A stretch of DNA of 64,000 nucleotides, taken from Vicugna vicugna (Eukaryota). Positions 62,124 through 64,000 of this stretch are shown here, in pieces. The stretch spans positions 503,418 to 567,417 of the forward strand of contig MU058257.1 of NCBI GenBank assembly GCA_013265495.1, given 5' to 3'. The notes beneath the pieces are model-generated. The model was not told where the DNA came from, searched no databases, and was given only the letters and a program-made list of their open reading frames with translations. The translations under genes and the position numbers were made by a program. Position 1 is the first letter of the stretch, and the number at the start of each line of letters is the position of its first letter.

Positions 62124-62582
62124 CATGGCAGGTGGAATAATGACCCCCCAGAGATGTCAACAGTTGAAGCCCTGGGACCTGGGCGCATGTTACCTTACAT
62201 GGCAAAGGGAACTTGGCGGATGTGGTTAAGTTAAGGGTATCGTGATGGGGGAGGCTATCCTGGGTTATCTGGGTGGGTCCCATGTAATTACCAGGGTCTT
62301 CATCAGAGAGAGGCAGGAGCTCAGAGGGAAGAGAAGATGCGATGCTGCTGGCTTTAAAGATGAAGGAGGCAGACAAGAGGCAAAGGATGCGGGATGCAGG
62401 CAGCCTCTGGAAGCTGGAAGGGGAGGGGAAAGGAATTCTCCCCTGGAACATCCAGATGGAACTCAGCTCTGGGGACCTATTTTAGATTCCTGACCTCCAG
62501 AACTGTCAGGTGGTAAAACTGTGTTGTTTGAAGTCGCTAAGTTGGTGATCATTTGTTACAGCAGCAACTGGAAACCGATACA
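62124..62582 (+). mobile_element. ERVL-MaLR solo LTR (MLT1D-like), near full length
   Basis: 'aataatgacccccca...atgttaccttacatggcaaaggg...gcagcctctggaagctggaa...gacctccagaactgt...atttgttacagcagcaactggaaaccgataca'. Confidence 0.88.
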
Positions 62583-63894
62583 GATAGTGTGGCAGGAAGA
62601 TGTCCCATTCTGTGAAGTGTCAGCGCTGGAGCAGCTTCTCCCCCAGGCCCTTCCCAGTCTGTGCTAGGAGCCCAGCATCCTCAGCAGGGGATGGAGAGGA
62701 CCAGCCAAGGCTGGCAGTACTCACAGGCACGTTTGGAGCTGAGGGCACAGGGGTTAACCTAGGGAAGAGACGCTTTCAGGGATCAGTCTGAAATGCAAGC
62801 GGTGGTTTACCGGCAGCCTCTTAAAAGCTCATGACTCATTCAGAAATAACAGCATTTGGTCGATGAATATGTCAGACTTTCAGGTAAATTTAATCAATGG
62901 ACAACCACGATTTTATTTTTCTCCAGACCAGAATTTCATATTACATTTCATGCCATTAGCCTTGATATAAAGTGGCGGCTGATAGCAGGCTGTATTGACA
63001 GGCCCTCTGGGCACCATCCAGCAGTCACCTTAAATCACTTACTCACCCGCAATTCATGGTGTGTAGGGGAGCAGGGAGTCACCAAGGGTTTAAAGGGAAA
63101 GCGAGATAACGGAACACTCGCAATCTTTCCTTTCAGTTATTTAACCCACCTTAGTTAATTAAAGGCATCCGATCACCTCCCAGCATCTTGGACTGTAACA
63201 CGTGTCGTGTCTGTTCTTAGCACAGTAACGGGGCCAGAGGCAGGTGATTCCTGGGGGTGTGGGGGGAGGGGATGACTGTGTCAATTCTGGAAGTCACTGT
63301 CCCCAGGCCAGCCTGGTGGTGTGCTCCCAGCTGGGCTCCTGTCCTGCTTTGATGCAGGAGATTGATCATGCAGTCAACGTCCGGCTGGTCATCACAGGTA
63401 TGAAGGTGAGTAAGGCTCAGACCCACTCTGGAGGGTCCTTGGTCTCAGCAGGATGAGGAGAAGTTTTAATTAGGGAACGCCTCTGACGTTTTTGAATTAT
63501 TTTTCATTGATGCATCATTTTGGTTTAGAAATATCAATGACAAGAAAACCAATGGTGACTTAAGAAGCTGGTTTCTAGTGGCTCTTTACTTTCCGGAGGC
63601 TGGCTACATCGGTGCCTAACTCAGTCTGAAAGTCAGAGTCTGCTGGGGTGATGGTTAAGTGAGGTGACAGACTCCCAGTGCTACGAGGTTCAAAGGGAAA
63701 ATACATCCCTAGCTTTCTCATGTTAACTGATCTGTCGTTGCAGTTGGAGTTGGTGGGGGCCCCTCGCTCCCACGAAGACCATCAGGGATCCATGTTCCTT
63801 CCATCCTGCTCTGTCGTCTCCTAGGGCAGGGAGGTTTTCTTTGCAGATGAGTTTTTTTTTGGAATGCCACCAGGCCCGTTTGTTAACATACTGT

Positions 63895-63962
63895 CCACAG
63901 CCGCTGTGAACACTGGGGTGCAGCATGTATCTTTTTGAATTAGGGTTTCCACCGGGTGTACA
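63895..63962 (-). mobile_element. Short LINE-1 fragment
   Basis: 'gctgtgaacactggggtgcagcatgtatctttttgaattagggtttcc' matches the L1 copies near 5030-5080 and 56440-56490. Confidence 0.65.
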
Positions 63963-64000
63963 GGGCAGCTTTGTCCACTGTCATGACACCTTGCACCCCA

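Noticed and set aside
1..64000. Prokaryote-style systems (operons, CRISPR arrays, defence loci)
   Set aside because: The window is mammalian repeat-rich DNA with no long ORFs and no regularly spaced repeat-spacer array.

Overview
This is mammalian genomic DNA, very likely from a camelid (inferred from 11 copies of a tRNA-derived SINE matching the camelid Vic-1-type head, plus laurasiatherian-type L1 3' ends). It is intronic/intergenic and rich in repeats: L1 fragments of several ages, SINEs, MIR/L2, MER58A, MER5-like and MaLR LTRs. I recognise no cellular protein-coding exon. The only ORFs in the track with clear protein homology are L1 ORF1/ORF2 remnants. The main non-repeat landmarks are a small CpG-island promoter-like element at about 26.6-27.3 kb, which spans an N-gap that looks like an assembly artefact, and two candidate minus-strand first exons near 0.85-1.15 kb and 2.2 kb. 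Together these suggest the 5' end of a multi-promoter gene running leftwards out of the window, which I cannot name. I found no evidence for a new multi-gene biological system. The best observations are retrotransposition oddities (a chimeric L1 insert and a polyadenylated LTR fragment with TSDs), the false gap, local AT-to-GC shifted tracts and several motif clusters. Repeat family names come from recognising consensus sequences by eye, not from a database search, and repeat boundaries are approximate.
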